Below, piece after piece: positions 1 through 9,531 of a DNA stretch of 64,000 bases. The stretch's first letter is position 1, and every line of letters begins with the position of its first letter. The translations under genes and the position numbers were made by a program. The DNA is from an uncultured Candidatus Saccharibacteria bacterium (GTDB lineage: Bacteria; Patescibacteriota; Minisyncoccia; GWC2-36-17; CAYHJU01), in contig CAYHJU010000001.1 in assembly GCA_964357175.1 (NCBI GenBank), positions 32,871 to 96,870 of the forward strand, written 5' to 3'. Below the pieces are notes generated by a model that worked only from the letters and a program-made list of their open reading frames with translations, was not told the origin of the DNA and did not search any database.

Positions 1-2
1 AT

Positions 3-1334
3 GAATTGTCGTATTTAATCAACAATTTTTCAAACAAAAGCCTTTTCGGTCAAAACAGGGGCAATCCTAGATCTAACTTAATGTGTTTTAATGTCAACAA
101 CATTTCACCCAAACACGATGATCTGAGCCGGCTTTTTGTTACCAAGCCATATTTTTCCGGTTCTGGCGGTCAGGAATCGCAAGCCGATCTTTCTGACGGA
201 TTGAAGGTCGTTGAAAAAACACTAAAGCCCGGAGACTCTATTGGCGTGGGTCTGGTTGTCGGAGACATTTCAGTTGTTGGTACCGGCACCGCTTCGTTTG
301 TTGATGGCAAGACCGTGTGGGCTTTTGGCCATTCAATATTTCAGTTTGGAGAAATTAATTTTCCCATGCTTGCCGCTGAAACTTGGGGCGCAATGTTAGG
401 GCAACCCAAACCTTGGAAAAACACTACCACCGGGGCGGTTATCGGCACATTTACCCAAGACCGCTTGACTGGTGTATATGGCCATCTTGGTCAAATGCCC
501 GATATGATTCCAATGACAGTAAATCTTGAAAGAAATGGCAAGAAACAAACTTTGCATTTCTATATTGTCAGGCAAAAAATGCTGACGCCCGTCCTGGTGG
601 AAAACATCATCGATAATTTACTCACAGAATTTAGCGACACTCAGGAGCTCACCGTCTTTTCTAGAGGCAAGATTTACATCAAGGGTGTTTCGGATAAATC
701 ATTTTATTTTTCAGAGCACGGTGAAGGTTTGGCGAGCGAGATGGGGAATTATTGTGCTAGAGAAATCAGGTTAGCCACTATTCCCAAAGATGATCTCTTT
801 GAGAAAAACGAACCTGCCGAACCTCTAAGGATCGAAGGCATTAACATTGATCTGTCAGTTTCGGAAGGCAACAAGACCTTTAGTGTTGAGGAAATCAAAA
901 ATGGTTCAGATGATGCCATTTTCAACTTAAACTTAAACTATGATCTCGATATCATTCTGAAAAATGGACAAGAACAAAAGACAGTGAGTTTTTCTTTGGC
1001 TATTCCGTATGGATTTAACGGTGAAATCGTAGTTTTGGCGGGTGATGCGGAAGCGATGACAACTTCTTTCGATAAAGAAAATTATCGCCAAAATACAAAA
1101 AGTTCTGAGCGGCAAGATGATTTTAGCACCTTGATTAGGGAATCGTTTAGTGGAGGAAGTTTGTATATTAAGATTTTTTATATTAGCAAAACTTCCGGGT
1201 CGGCATCTTCTGTGATGTTGCGTCCGACAATTCGAATGGAAATTTACGAGGTTTTTCTAGACAATATCGTGGTGGAGGGACAAAGGCATGCCCTCATCAA
1301 TGTAAGTAACACGAATGTAGGTAACACGAAATAA
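3..1334 (+). CDS. hypothetical protein, 5'-partial (reading frame is open to the window start)
   Basis: Long ORF in frame from nt 3 with no upstream stop inside the window; no family recognised by eye. Confidence 0.45.
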   Translation, partial: ELSYLINNFSNKSLFGQNRGNPRSNLMCFNVNNISPKHDDLSRLFVTKPYFSGSGGQESQADLSDGLKVVEKTLKPGDSIGVGLVVGDISVVGTGTASFVDGKTVWAFGHSIFQFGEINFPMLAAETWGAMLGQPKPWKNTTTGAVIGTFTQDRLTGVYGHLGQMPDMIPMTVNLERNGKKQTLHFYIVRQKMLTPVLVENIIDNLLTEFSDTQELTVFSRGKIYIKGVSDKSFYFSEHGEGLASEMGNYCAREIRLATIPKDDLFEKNEPAEPLRIEGINIDLSVSEGNKTFSVEEIKNGSDDAIFNLNLNYDLDIILKNGQEQKTVSFSLAIPYGFNGEIVVLAGDAEAMTTSFDKENYRQNTKSSERQDDFSTLIRESFSGGSLYIKIFYISKTSGSASSVMLRPTIRMEIYEVFLDNIVVEGQRHALINVSNTNVGNTK

Positions 1335-1342
1335 TTTTTTAT

Positions 1343-1380
1343 AACCCCCCACCTTAAAGGTGGGGGGTTCTTTTATTTTT
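1343..1380. terminator. bidirectional rho-independent terminator between convergent genes
   Basis: aaCCCCCCACCttaaaGGTGGGGGGtt hairpin flanked by T/A runs, sitting between the + ORF ending at 1334 and the - gene ending at 1458. Confidence 0.6.
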
Positions 1381-1457
1381 AGATGGGTCCAGAACAAAAG
1401 GGCAGACCTGTCTGCCGGCCCGCTTCGCCGAAGCCTCAGTGGGGTGAGTGGGCAGGG

Positions 1458-2192
1458 TTAATTTGCCAAAACTGCCGCTATGATTTTTCCGGCGCCGCCA
1501 ATTTTGAGCGCCTTGGCGCATGCGTCAAGCGTTGCGCCTGTTGTTAAGATGTCATCTATTAGCAAAATATTTTTATTTTTCAAGTCAGAGCCGGAGCTTA
1601 CTTGGAATGCGCCTTCCATATTTTTTAATCTCTCGTCTTTATTTTTTATTTGAGCTTGAGGAGAGGTATTTTTTATTCTTTTTAAAGATGTGACGTCCAA
1701 AAAAATATTAAAATATTCAGAAACTATTTTGGCTATAAGAAAAGATTGATTGAATCCACGCGACCTTTCTTTTTTAGGATGTAGCGGCACAGGCACCATG
1801 ACCCAAGAATTTTTTTCTTCTGGGGAAATTGTGTGCACGAAATTTTCCAATGATCCAATTATTAAAGAACTTAAAAGCTGGTTAAGTTCGTGGATGTTTT
1901 TATATTTGTATTCTTGAATCGTTTCTTTTAAAACGGGATCGCTGTAATTCGCGGCCACAAAGACACACCGAATTCTGTTTTTAGGATGGCACAAAAAATT
2001 GTTTTGGCTAAAATTTTCTACAGGCAGCCTTTTTCTGCAGGAAAAACAAATCGGCGCGTTAAATACTTGAATTTTCTCGCTACATTTTTCACACAGAGCC
2101 GCGCCTTCTTTTTGGCAACCGATACATTTTACCGGAATTAAAAAATCAAGCAAAAATTTTTTTAATTGAACGATAGATTTTTTATCTTCCAT
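1458..2192 (-). CDS. comFC: ComF family protein (ComFC-like phosphoribosyltransferase)
   Basis: N-terminal CxxC...CxxC zinc finger (CIGCQ..CEKCS, CFSCRK) plus C-terminal PRTase motif LLIDDILTTGATL; lies next to the type IV pilus genes. Confidence 0.75.
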   Translation of the reverse strand: MEDKKSIVQLKKFLLDFLIPVKCIGCQKEGAALCEKCSEKIQVFNAPICFSCRKRLPVENFSQNNFLCHPKNRIRCVFVAANYSDPVLKETIQEYKYKNIHELNQLLSSLIIGSLENFVHTISPEEKNSWVMVPVPLHPKKERSRGFNQSFLIAKIVSEYFNIFLDVTSLKRIKNTSPQAQIKNKDERLKNMEGAFQVSSGSDLKNKNILLIDDILTTGATLDACAKALKIGGAGKIIAAVLAN

Positions 2193-2268
2193 AACAATAT
2201 GTATATTTTACGTATTTTGTGATATAATAAACCTTGAAAGTCTAATTATCAAGAAAAAATCTTATTTT

Positions 2269-3363
2269 ATGGTTTGGTCTTTATTTGGATTTAGTAAAGA
2301 AAATTATTTGGGCGTAGATTTTGGCGAAAGCTCTATAAAGATAGTTGAATTGGAAGATAGCAAGGGCGCGCCATTTCTTAAAAACTATGCCGTGGCATCT
2401 TTAATTGATGTGCCTGAAAATTTAAATGGCGCACCTTCTCATAAGCCATTTTTCTCTGAAAATCAGTATGCCAAAACCGTGGGATCAATTTTAGATAAAT
2501 TGAACATTAAAGCCAAAAAGGCGTTTTTTTCTTTGCCCATATATCCCAGCTTTTCAACCACCATAGAGATACCGCTAATGTCAGAAAAAGAAATGGATCA
2601 GGCGGTTCCGCTGGAGGCGCGCAAGTATGTGCCGATTCCTCTGAATGAAGTGGTTTTGGATTGGAATTTTTTAGGAAAGACACGAAGTGATTCTACAGAG
2701 AAGATGCGTATTTTTATAGTTGCCGTTCCTAACAACATAGTGCAAAGCTATATAAGTATAGCTCATCAAAACAAATTGAAGGTTGAGGCCATGGAGCTTG
2801 AAACGTTTAGTTCTGCCAGAGCAGTATTAGGCCCTAACGAAGAACGTCCAGTAATGATAGTGGATATTGGAGCAAATTCTACCGATGTGGCCATAAGCTA
2901 TAAGGGGCAGGTGGAAATGAGTCACAATTTTGAGATTTCAGGATTTAACTTTACTTATGCTATAGCTAAAAGTTTAAACATAGATATTAATCGCGCGGAA
3001 CAGCTAAAAAGAAGCGCGGGACTCCTGGGAGGCGGGGGAGAACAAGAGCTTTCTTCCATAATGTTTCCCTTGCTGGATGCCGTCATAGAAGAAATAAGGC
3101 GCGCCGCGGCAAATTATGAACAAAAATATGGCCGCCCCATTAAAAAGGTTATCCTTGCAGGAGGATCTGCCAATCTCAAGGGTTTAATAAATTATTTTGT
3201 GAAACAATTAAATATAGAGGTGGGGTTGGCCAATCCGTTTTTATCAATAAAGTATCAGCCAGCGCTTGAAAAGACGCTTCGAGAACTTGGCCCAGAACTT
3301 GCGGTGGCTTGCGGACTGGCGCTTAAGGGGTTTGCGGCTAAGCGTCAAAAGCAAGAGAAGTGA
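2269..3363 (+). CDS. pilM: type IV pilus assembly protein PilM (actin-like ATPase fold)
   Basis: LGVDFGESSIKIVEL N-terminus and overall PilM/FtsA-like architecture; first gene of a pilMNO-pilB cluster. Confidence 0.8.
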   Translation: MVWSLFGFSKENYLGVDFGESSIKIVELEDSKGAPFLKNYAVASLIDVPENLNGAPSHKPFFSENQYAKTVGSILDKLNIKAKKAFFSLPIYPSFSTTIEIPLMSEKEMDQAVPLEARKYVPIPLNEVVLDWNFLGKTRSDSTEKMRIFIVAVPNNIVQSYISIAHQNKLKVEAMELETFSSARAVLGPNEERPVMIVDIGANSTDVAISYKGQVEMSHNFEISGFNFTYAIAKSLNIDINRAEQLKRSAGLLGGGGEQELSSIMFPLLDAVIEEIRRAAANYEQKYGRPIKKVILAGGSANLKGLINYFVKQLNIEVGLANPFLSIKYQPALEKTLRELGPELAVACGLALKGFAAKRQKQEK

Positions 3364-3465
3364 TCTTGACGCCTTACTGTTTTAATCTTAATTGTGTTAT
3401 AATTAGTATAGATATTAATGGCTAAATATAAGTACTAGATTCTAACTCCTAAATTCTAAATTATT

Positions 3466-3996
3466 ATGATTGACGTTTCACTTATACCTAAAGAGGCACC
3501 AAAATCATTTCCTATAAATAAGCTGTTTTCTTGGATTTCTCTTTTAGTTTTAATTATATCTGTCGTTGCGGGCGGGCTTATTGTCTTTATGCTCATATCT
3601 TCTAAGAATAATTTGGTCCAGCTCAATCAACAACTCCAGGAATTAGATAAAAATATAAATTCTCAACAAGAAACTATTCAGTTTGCCCAATCGGTTTTAG
3701 TAGCCGATCAAATTATTAGTAGCCACAAATACCCCAGCAGACTCATGGATTTTCTGGAGAAAAACACGAATATGTTTATACAGTGGACAAGCTTGAATGT
3801 TGATCTTTCCAACAAAACCGTTGATTTAAATGGTAGGGCACACGACCTTCTGGCTGTGGCTCAACAGATAAAACGCCTGGAAAACTCTAAGGTTGTTTCT
3901 GGTATTAAATTGGGAAGCGTGGCATCAGAAAACAATGGCGTCTCTTTTAAATTGAACTTTTCTTTAGACGGCAGCATTTTGTCTGTTAGGTATTAA
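3466..3996 (+). CDS. pilN: PilN-like bitopic pilus assembly protein
   Basis: Short cytoplasmic N-terminus, single TM segment, coiled-coil periplasmic part; positioned after pilM. Confidence 0.55.
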   Translation: MIDVSLIPKEAPKSFPINKLFSWISLLVLIISVVAGGLIVFMLISSKNNLVQLNQQLQELDKNINSQQETIQFAQSVLVADQIISSHKYPSRLMDFLEKNTNMFIQWTSLNVDLSNKTVDLNGRAHDLLAVAQQIKRLENSKVVSGIKLGSVASENNGVSFKLNFSLDGSILSVRY

Positions 3997-4021
3997 AATA
4001 AATTTTCAATAATTTCAAATT

Positions 4022-4552
4022 ATGCAAAAAATAACAACAGCTATCACAACCCTTGGTCTTGCCGTGATCGTCATTTTTGGGGTTTTGTGGCCAGCATATA
4101 AAATACTGAATAATTTAAAAGGAGAAATAAGTAATATTAATGATGCTATAGCGCAAAAAAATCAAGAGATGGAATCTCTGAAGTTTTTTTCGCAAAGGAT
4201 GAAAGAAATGGATCCGGCTCAAGTGAATCGTATCAATGCGCTGGCTCCTGCGCAAAGCCAGCCAGATCTTATTGCTGAAGTGAACGGCATGGCTTTGGCG
4301 AGCGGCCTGTCCATAAACACATTTAGTGAAACGCCCTTGGAGACTCAGACAGGAGGACCACTAAAGCAGTCGAGAGTAGAGATTTCTTTTAAAAGCGATT
4401 ACGCTAATTTAAAAAGATTTTTAAGTAATATGGAATTGAGCGCTCGGCTCTTTGAGTTGTCTGGCCTGTCTTTGAAAGCCGCGGGCGTTGAATTAGGGAA
4501 GGGCCAGTTGCCTCTTGATGTAAAAACTAATTTTGATATTTATTACAAATAA
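4022..4552 (+). CDS. pilO: PilO-like pilus assembly protein
   Basis: N-terminal TM segment then coiled coil; sits between pilN and pilB. Confidence 0.5.
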   Translation: MQKITTAITTLGLAVIVIFGVLWPAYKILNNLKGEISNINDAIAQKNQEMESLKFFSQRMKEMDPAQVNRINALAPAQSQPDLIAEVNGMALASGLSINTFSETPLETQTGGPLKQSRVEISFKSDYANLKRFLSNMELSARLFELSGLSLKAAGVELGKGQLPLDVKTNFDIYYK

Positions 4553-4565
4553 TTCGAATTTATTT

Positions 4566-4865
4566 ATGCCAAATTCAGAAATTTATAATATTAAAGGTAA
4601 TAGTGTATCGAATTTATTAATAATCCTCGTGATTGCCATAAGTGTGGTAGCGGCAGGAATATTTTTTCTGCCCCAATTAGTAGAATCTTATTTTTCTTAT
4701 GACCCGTCTTTGGTGGTTATAAGCCCAACCCTTTTGTTGCCAAAAAGTGGTGATAAAATTGTATCTAATGAGAGACAGCTAAATGATTTCCAATTGCCAC
4801 AAGGCATACCCCTCAATATAACGGAAAGTATTTTTGGACGAGCCAATCCCTTTGCTCCTTTATAG
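4566..4865 (+). CDS. small membrane protein (PilP-like position)
   Basis: ORF with one TM segment. Start moved to the internal ATG at 4566 to avoid overlapping pilO. Confidence 0.35.
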   Translation: MPNSEIYNIKGNSVSNLLIILVIAISVVAAGIFFLPQLVESYFSYDPSLVVISPTLLLPKSGDKIVSNERQLNDFQLPQGIPLNITESIFGRANPFAPL

Positions 4866-4874
4866 GTATAGTTT

Positions 4875-6617
4875 ATGACTAAAGAAAATAACTTTTTAAA
4901 TTATTTAACAAGCCAGGACAAATTAAGCGAGGCCAATTTAAAATCGGCCAGCGAAGAGGCGTCAAAAAACAGCCAGAATATAGAAGATGTTTTAATAGAA
5001 AAAAAATATTTGTCCGAACAGGAGCTTTATCAGCTTAAGGCTGATTTTTTAAATCTTGAATTAAGGTTTTTTTCAGAAACAGACACCATACCTTTTGACA
5101 TTTTGGCTTTAGTCTCACAAGAAGCGGCGGTCCAATACAAATTTATTCCACTCAATCGCACAGACGAGTATTTGCAGGCGGGAATGGTCCGCCCGGAAGA
5201 TTTTAAATCACAAGAAGCCCTGCACTTTATTGCGGCGCGGCTTGGCTTAAAAACAAAAGTGTTTTTAATAACGCCGCAGAGTTTCAATAACGCGCTGAAG
5301 CAATATCAAAGCTTGACGGGAGAAGTTAGCACTGCATTGGAAAAAATGACAGCCGAGCTTAAAGACGAAGAGATTGCGGATTTTCAGGAAAGTGGAAAAC
5401 AAAAAGACATTTCTTTGGTGCTTGAGGAGGCGCCCATCACAAAGGTTGTGGGGGTTGTGTTAAAGCACGCTGTTGAAGGTAGGGCCTCGGATATTCATAT
5501 TGAGCCGTTTCAGGACAGGATTCGTGTAAGATTTAGAGTAGACGGTGTTTTGTCCACCAGCCTTTTTTTACCCAAGGACGTGCTTTTGCAAATTGTGTCC
5601 CGTATAAAAATATTATCCGGACTGCAAATAGATGAAACTCGCAAGCCACAAGATGGAAGATTTCAAACTAAAATTAATGGCCGCGAGATAGATTTTCGTG
5701 TGTCTGTATTTCCCACTTCAAAAGGAGAAAAGGTGGCCATTCGCGTTTTGGATTCTTTAGTTGGAATTTCCACTTTTCTTGAGCTGGGTCTACAAGGCAG
5801 GAACGCCAAAAAAGTTCTTGAAGGCCTACAAAAACCTTTCGGATTGATAGTTAACACAGGTCCGACTGGTTCGGGCAAGTCTACCACTTTGTATGCCATG
5901 ATGCTCAAGCTCAACCAAGAGGGCGTTAATATAGTCAGCTTGGAAGATCCAGTAGAATATTTGCTTGAGGGCGTAAATCAATCCCAAGTAAGGCCAGAGC
6001 TGGGGTATGATTTTGCTTCAGGCCTTCGAAGTATTTTGCGCCAAGATCCGGACATTATAATGCTCGGAGAGGTGAGGGATAGAGAAACCGCGGGACTGGT
6101 CGTGCACGCCGCTTTGACGGGCCATATCGTTTTATCAACTCTTCACACCAACAATGCCATTGGCGCTATCCCGCGCCTTATAGACATGGGAGTGGAACCG
6201 TTTCTTATCCCGTCTTCGTTAACTATGGTGCTCGCTCAACGTTTAGTTAAAAAGCTGTGTGATTATTGTAAAGCTCCCATAAAGCCAATAGGCGAACTAA
6301 AGGATTTAGTAGAAGAGGCTATGTCGTCTTTTTCCGCGGAAGAATTAAAGGAGTTTGGTGTTGATGCTAAACAGATTTTTGAATCCAAGGGTTGCAAAAA
6401 ATGCGCAGGCAAAGGCACCAGGGGGCGCGTGGCGATTTATGAAATTTTAATGATGACGCCCCAGCTGGAAGAGATAATTTTGACAGAACCTTCCTCAGGT
6501 AAAATTGAGACAGAAGCTAAACGCCAGGGCATGGTTTCTATGAAGCACGATGGTATAATTAAGGCTCTGCAGGGGTTAGTTAGTTTGGAAGAAGTAATGA
6601 GGGTGGTTGAAGAATAA
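4875..6617 (+). CDS. pilB: type IV pilus assembly ATPase PilB (GspE family)
   Basis: Walker A GPTGSGKSTT, Asp box, His box, and a C-terminal tetracysteine motif CDYC...CKKC. Confidence 0.85.
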   Translation: MTKENNFLNYLTSQDKLSEANLKSASEEASKNSQNIEDVLIEKKYLSEQELYQLKADFLNLELRFFSETDTIPFDILALVSQEAAVQYKFIPLNRTDEYLQAGMVRPEDFKSQEALHFIAARLGLKTKVFLITPQSFNNALKQYQSLTGEVSTALEKMTAELKDEEIADFQESGKQKDISLVLEEAPITKVVGVVLKHAVEGRASDIHIEPFQDRIRVRFRVDGVLSTSLFLPKDVLLQIVSRIKILSGLQIDETRKPQDGRFQTKINGREIDFRVSVFPTSKGEKVAIRVLDSLVGISTFLELGLQGRNAKKVLEGLQKPFGLIVNTGPTGSGKSTTLYAMMLKLNQEGVNIVSLEDPVEYLLEGVNQSQVRPELGYDFASGLRSILRQDPDIIMLGEVRDRETAGLVVHAALTGHIVLSTLHTNNAIGAIPRLIDMGVEPFLIPSSLTMVLAQRLVKKLCDYCKAPIKPIGELKDLVEEAMSSFSAEELKEFGVDAKQIFESKGCKKCAGKGTRGRVAIYEILMMTPQLEEIILTEPSSGKIETEAKRQGMVSMKHDGIIKALQGLVSLEEVMRVVEE

Positions 6618-6638
6618 GATCTAATATTTAATTTTTGA

Positions 6639-6658
6639 CCTGCCTGCCGGCAGGCAGG
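6639..6658. repeat. perfect 20-nt palindrome CCTGCCTGCCGGCAGGCAGG, member of a dispersed family
   Basis: Exact palindrome 19 nt upstream of the receiver gene ATG; an identical copy at 18480-18499 and near-identical copies at 46740 and 48575. Confidence 0.7.
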
Positions 6659-6676
6659 GATTTAAACTTGAAATCT

Positions 6677-7060
6677 ATGGCAAAAGAAAAACAACACATT
6701 CTCTTGGTAGAGGACGATCCATTTTTGTCCGATATTTATTCTACGAAATTGGAAAGCGCCGGGTTTGGCTTGTCTGTGGCCTATGATGGGGAAGAGGTTT
6801 TTAAAAAAATTGAAGAAAAGACTCCTGAATTGATACTTTTGGATATAGTGTTGCCGAAAATGGACGGCTTTGAAGTTTTAAAAAAATTAAAATCTGACTT
6901 GAGGTTCAACAAAATTCCCGTGATCTTACTCACCAATTTGGGCCAGAAGGAAGATATAGATAAGGGCATGAGCTTGGGCGCGCAGGATTATTTAATAAAA
7001 GCCAATTTTATTCCATCGGAGATAGTAGAAAAAATTAAATGTTTTTTAAAAAGTAACTAA
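6677..7060 (+). CDS. single-domain response regulator (CheY-like receiver, PilH/PilG-like)
   Basis: ILLVEDD...D...K receiver-domain pattern. Start set at the internal ATG (MAKEK); located between pilB and pilT. Confidence 0.8.
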   Translation: MAKEKQHILLVEDDPFLSDIYSTKLESAGFGLSVAYDGEEVFKKIEEKTPELILLDIVLPKMDGFEVLKKLKSDLRFNKIPVILLTNLGQKEDIDKGMSLGAQDYLIKANFIPSEIVEKIKCFLKSN

Positions 7061-7068
7061 AAATATTT

Positions 7069-8139
7069 ATGAGCACCACAGAAGAAGAATTAAACGATTT
7101 GCTTTTTACAACGCTTAAGGAAAATGCGTCTGATTTACATTTGTCAGTCGGGCGTTATCCGACTTTGCGCGTTGATGGGTCTTTGTTGCCACTTACGCAA
7201 AAACCTATTTTAAATGGTGAAATGATAGAAAAAATAGCCACGGCCTTTATTACATCGGAACAAAAAGAGATGCTTTTTAGGGAAAGAGAGCTGGACTTGG
7301 CATATGACTTTAAGGGCAAGGCGCGTTTTCGTGTGAATATGTATTTTAATCAAGGCGCCATCGCGATTGCCTTACGCTTAATCACAGCCAAGGTACGCAC
7401 CATTGATGAGCTTGGTCTGCCCTCGATTTTACACAGATTTACCGATCTCAAGCAGGGATTTTTCCTCGTGGTGGGACCTTCGGGAAATGGCAAATCTACC
7501 ACTTTGGCGGCCATGGTGGACGAAATTAATCACAAAAGAGCGGAGCACATTATAACCATAGAAGATCCCGTGGAGTATATTTTTGAACAGGATTTATCGA
7601 TAATCAATCAAAGAGAGGTTGGGCGGGACACGATAAGTTTTCACGGCGCGCTAAGAGCTTCTTTGCGAGAAGATCCCAATGTCATCATGGTGGGTGAAAT
7701 GCGCGACGCGGAAACGATGTCTACTGCCATTACAGCGGCAGAAACCGGACATTTGGTGCTTTCTACGCTCCACACAAACAACGCTTCTCAAACCATAGAC
7801 CGTATCATAGACAGCTTTCCGGCCGAACAACAGGACCAGGTGAGAGCGCAACTTGCCGCCACTTTGGTGGGTGCAATATCGGAAAGATTGTTGCCGCGTA
7901 TTCGCGGGGGCAGGATTCCTGCCTATGAGATTATGGTGGCAAATTCTGCGGTAAAATCATTGATTCGTGAAAATAAGGTTCATCAACTGGATTTAGTCAT
8001 TGAAACCGGCGCCGAAGAAGGGATGATTTCTTTAAATAGGTCTTTAGCAAATTTAGTAAAAAGTGGAGAGGTGACTCTTTCTGCCGCAGAGCTTTATTCT
8101 TTAAATAGAAAAGAATTTCTTGCGCTCGTAGGAAAATAA
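7069..8139 (+). CDS. pilT: twitching motility ATPase PilT
   Basis: GPSGNGKSTTLAAM Walker A; PilT-type His box and length (~356 aa). Confidence 0.85.
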   Translation: MSTTEEELNDLLFTTLKENASDLHLSVGRYPTLRVDGSLLPLTQKPILNGEMIEKIATAFITSEQKEMLFRERELDLAYDFKGKARFRVNMYFNQGAIAIALRLITAKVRTIDELGLPSILHRFTDLKQGFFLVVGPSGNGKSTTLAAMVDEINHKRAEHIITIEDPVEYIFEQDLSIINQREVGRDTISFHGALRASLREDPNVIMVGEMRDAETMSTAITAAETGHLVLSTLHTNNASQTIDRIIDSFPAEQQDQVRAQLAATLVGAISERLLPRIRGGRIPAYEIMVANSAVKSLIRENKVHQLDLVIETGAEEGMISLNRSLANLVKSGEVTLSAAELYSLNRKEFLALVGK

Positions 8140-8141
8140 TT

Positions 8142-8283
8142 CACCCTGTTAAATAATTGAAAATTTTATATAAAATTTGAAATTAAAATTTGTCACTCAA
8201 ACATTTTTAAAACATTTAAGAAAATAACTAAAAATATAAAATACTACCCAGTTTAGATAGAAGCAAATTTTATTTAACAGGGT
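8142..8283. promoter_or_regulatory. inverted-repeat element CACCCTGTTAAATAA ... TTATTTAACAGGG flanking a ~110 nt AT-rich spacer upstream of pilC
   Basis: Arms at 8142-8156 and 8269-8283. The right arm plus AAGCAAATT is repeated at 10151-10174 upstream of the second pilin gene. Confidence 0.4.
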
Positions 8284-8291
8284 AAAAATCT

Positions 8292-9497
8292 ATGAGATTT
8301 GCATACGAAGCTAAAACTCAAGAAGGGCAGTCACAAAAAGGCGCTATCGACGCCGGGAGCGTTGAGGCGGCAGTAGATATTTTACAGCAAAGAAGACTCA
8401 TAGTGATAAAAGTTTCCGCTACTTCGGAGACGCCCTTTAATTTGTCATTGAAAGATGTTATAGGCAGAGTTAGCAAAAAAGACATAGCAATTTTTTCTCG
8501 TCAGGTGGCAACACTATTTGAAGCAAAAGTTCCCATTGTGGAATCATTAAAAACTTTATCTGAACAAGAAGACAAAAAGAAATTAAGAGACGTGATCGAT
8601 AGTTTGGCCTATGAGGTGGAAAGCGGCACACCGCTTTCGAAGGCTCTGTTGAAACATCCAGATGTTTTTTCCAATTTTTTCATTCAAGTGGTTCGTTCTG
8701 GTGAGGCCTCAGGAAAGCTGGGCGATGTGTTCAAATATTTGGCGGATTATTTAGAAAGAGATGTAGCGGTGCGCCAGAAAATCAAGGGCGCTCTTATTTA
8801 TCCCGCTTTCATATTAGTTGCGATGGCGGTGGTAATGGTTATTCTAATGACTTATGTTGTGCCTCAAATCAGCGCTATTTTAAAGGATCTGGGACAGACC
8901 CTGCCTTTAATAACGCTGGTGGTTGTGAGTATTAGTAATTTCGTCGCGTCTTTTTGGTGGCTAATTGCCATAATCTTTGGGACTCTTTTGATTTTTGGGT
9001 GGCGCTATATCCACACCAAAGATGGTAAGGCGGTCTGGGATAAATTAATTCTGGATTTTCCTATTATCGGAAATTTATTGCAGAAGACTTATATGATGCG
9101 TTTTGCCGAAACCCTGTCTTTGCTATTGGAAGGCGGCTTGCCTCTGCCGCAGTCATTGGAAATAACTTCAGATATGATAGACAATGAAGTTTATAGAGCT
9201 GTTTTAAATGATTCCGTAAAAGCCGTTCGTGAGGGATCGCAAATGAGCACTGTTTTGCGCCAAAGCGCGTATGTGCCGAAACTCGTTTCGCAAATGGTGA
9301 TGGTCGGAGAAAACACTGGTCGCATAGAGGATATGTTGCGCCATGTCTCCAAATTTTTTGCGAGTGAGGTAGATTCGGCAATTTCAGGATTGACCGCCAC
9401 CATAGAACCGATCTTGATAGTTGTCATAGGCGCTGGAGTGGGCGTTATAGTCGTTAGTATCATTATGCCTATTTATAATATTGCCGGATCGTTTTAA
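8292..9497 (+). CDS. pilC: type IV pilus platform protein PilC (GspF family)
   Basis: Two GspF repeats and three TM segments; ~400 aa. Confidence 0.85.
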   Translation: MRFAYEAKTQEGQSQKGAIDAGSVEAAVDILQQRRLIVIKVSATSETPFNLSLKDVIGRVSKKDIAIFSRQVATLFEAKVPIVESLKTLSEQEDKKKLRDVIDSLAYEVESGTPLSKALLKHPDVFSNFFIQVVRSGEASGKLGDVFKYLADYLERDVAVRQKIKGALIYPAFILVAMAVVMVILMTYVVPQISAILKDLGQTLPLITLVVVSISNFVASFWWLIAIIFGTLLIFGWRYIHTKDGKAVWDKLILDFPIIGNLLQKTYMMRFAETLSLLLEGGLPLPQSLEITSDMIDNEVYRAVLNDSVKAVREGSQMSTVLRQSAYVPKLVSQMVMVGENTGRIEDMLRHVSKFFASEVDSAISGLTATIEPILIVVIGAGVGVIVVSIIMPIYNIAGSF

Positions 9498-9531
9498 ATT
9501 AAAAATTTAAAGTGAAAAACTAAAAATATTT

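Noticed and set aside
933-1115. Assorted short antisense or embedded ORFs from the six-frame track (for example 933-1115 -, 5030-5287 -, 7651-7851 -, 9064-9463 -, 11115-11693, 21132-22342 -, 24254-25213, 32519-33115 -, 57127-58383 -, 59337-60670 -)
   Set aside because: Each lies wholly inside a well-supported longer gene on the other strand or frame, with no independent start signals.
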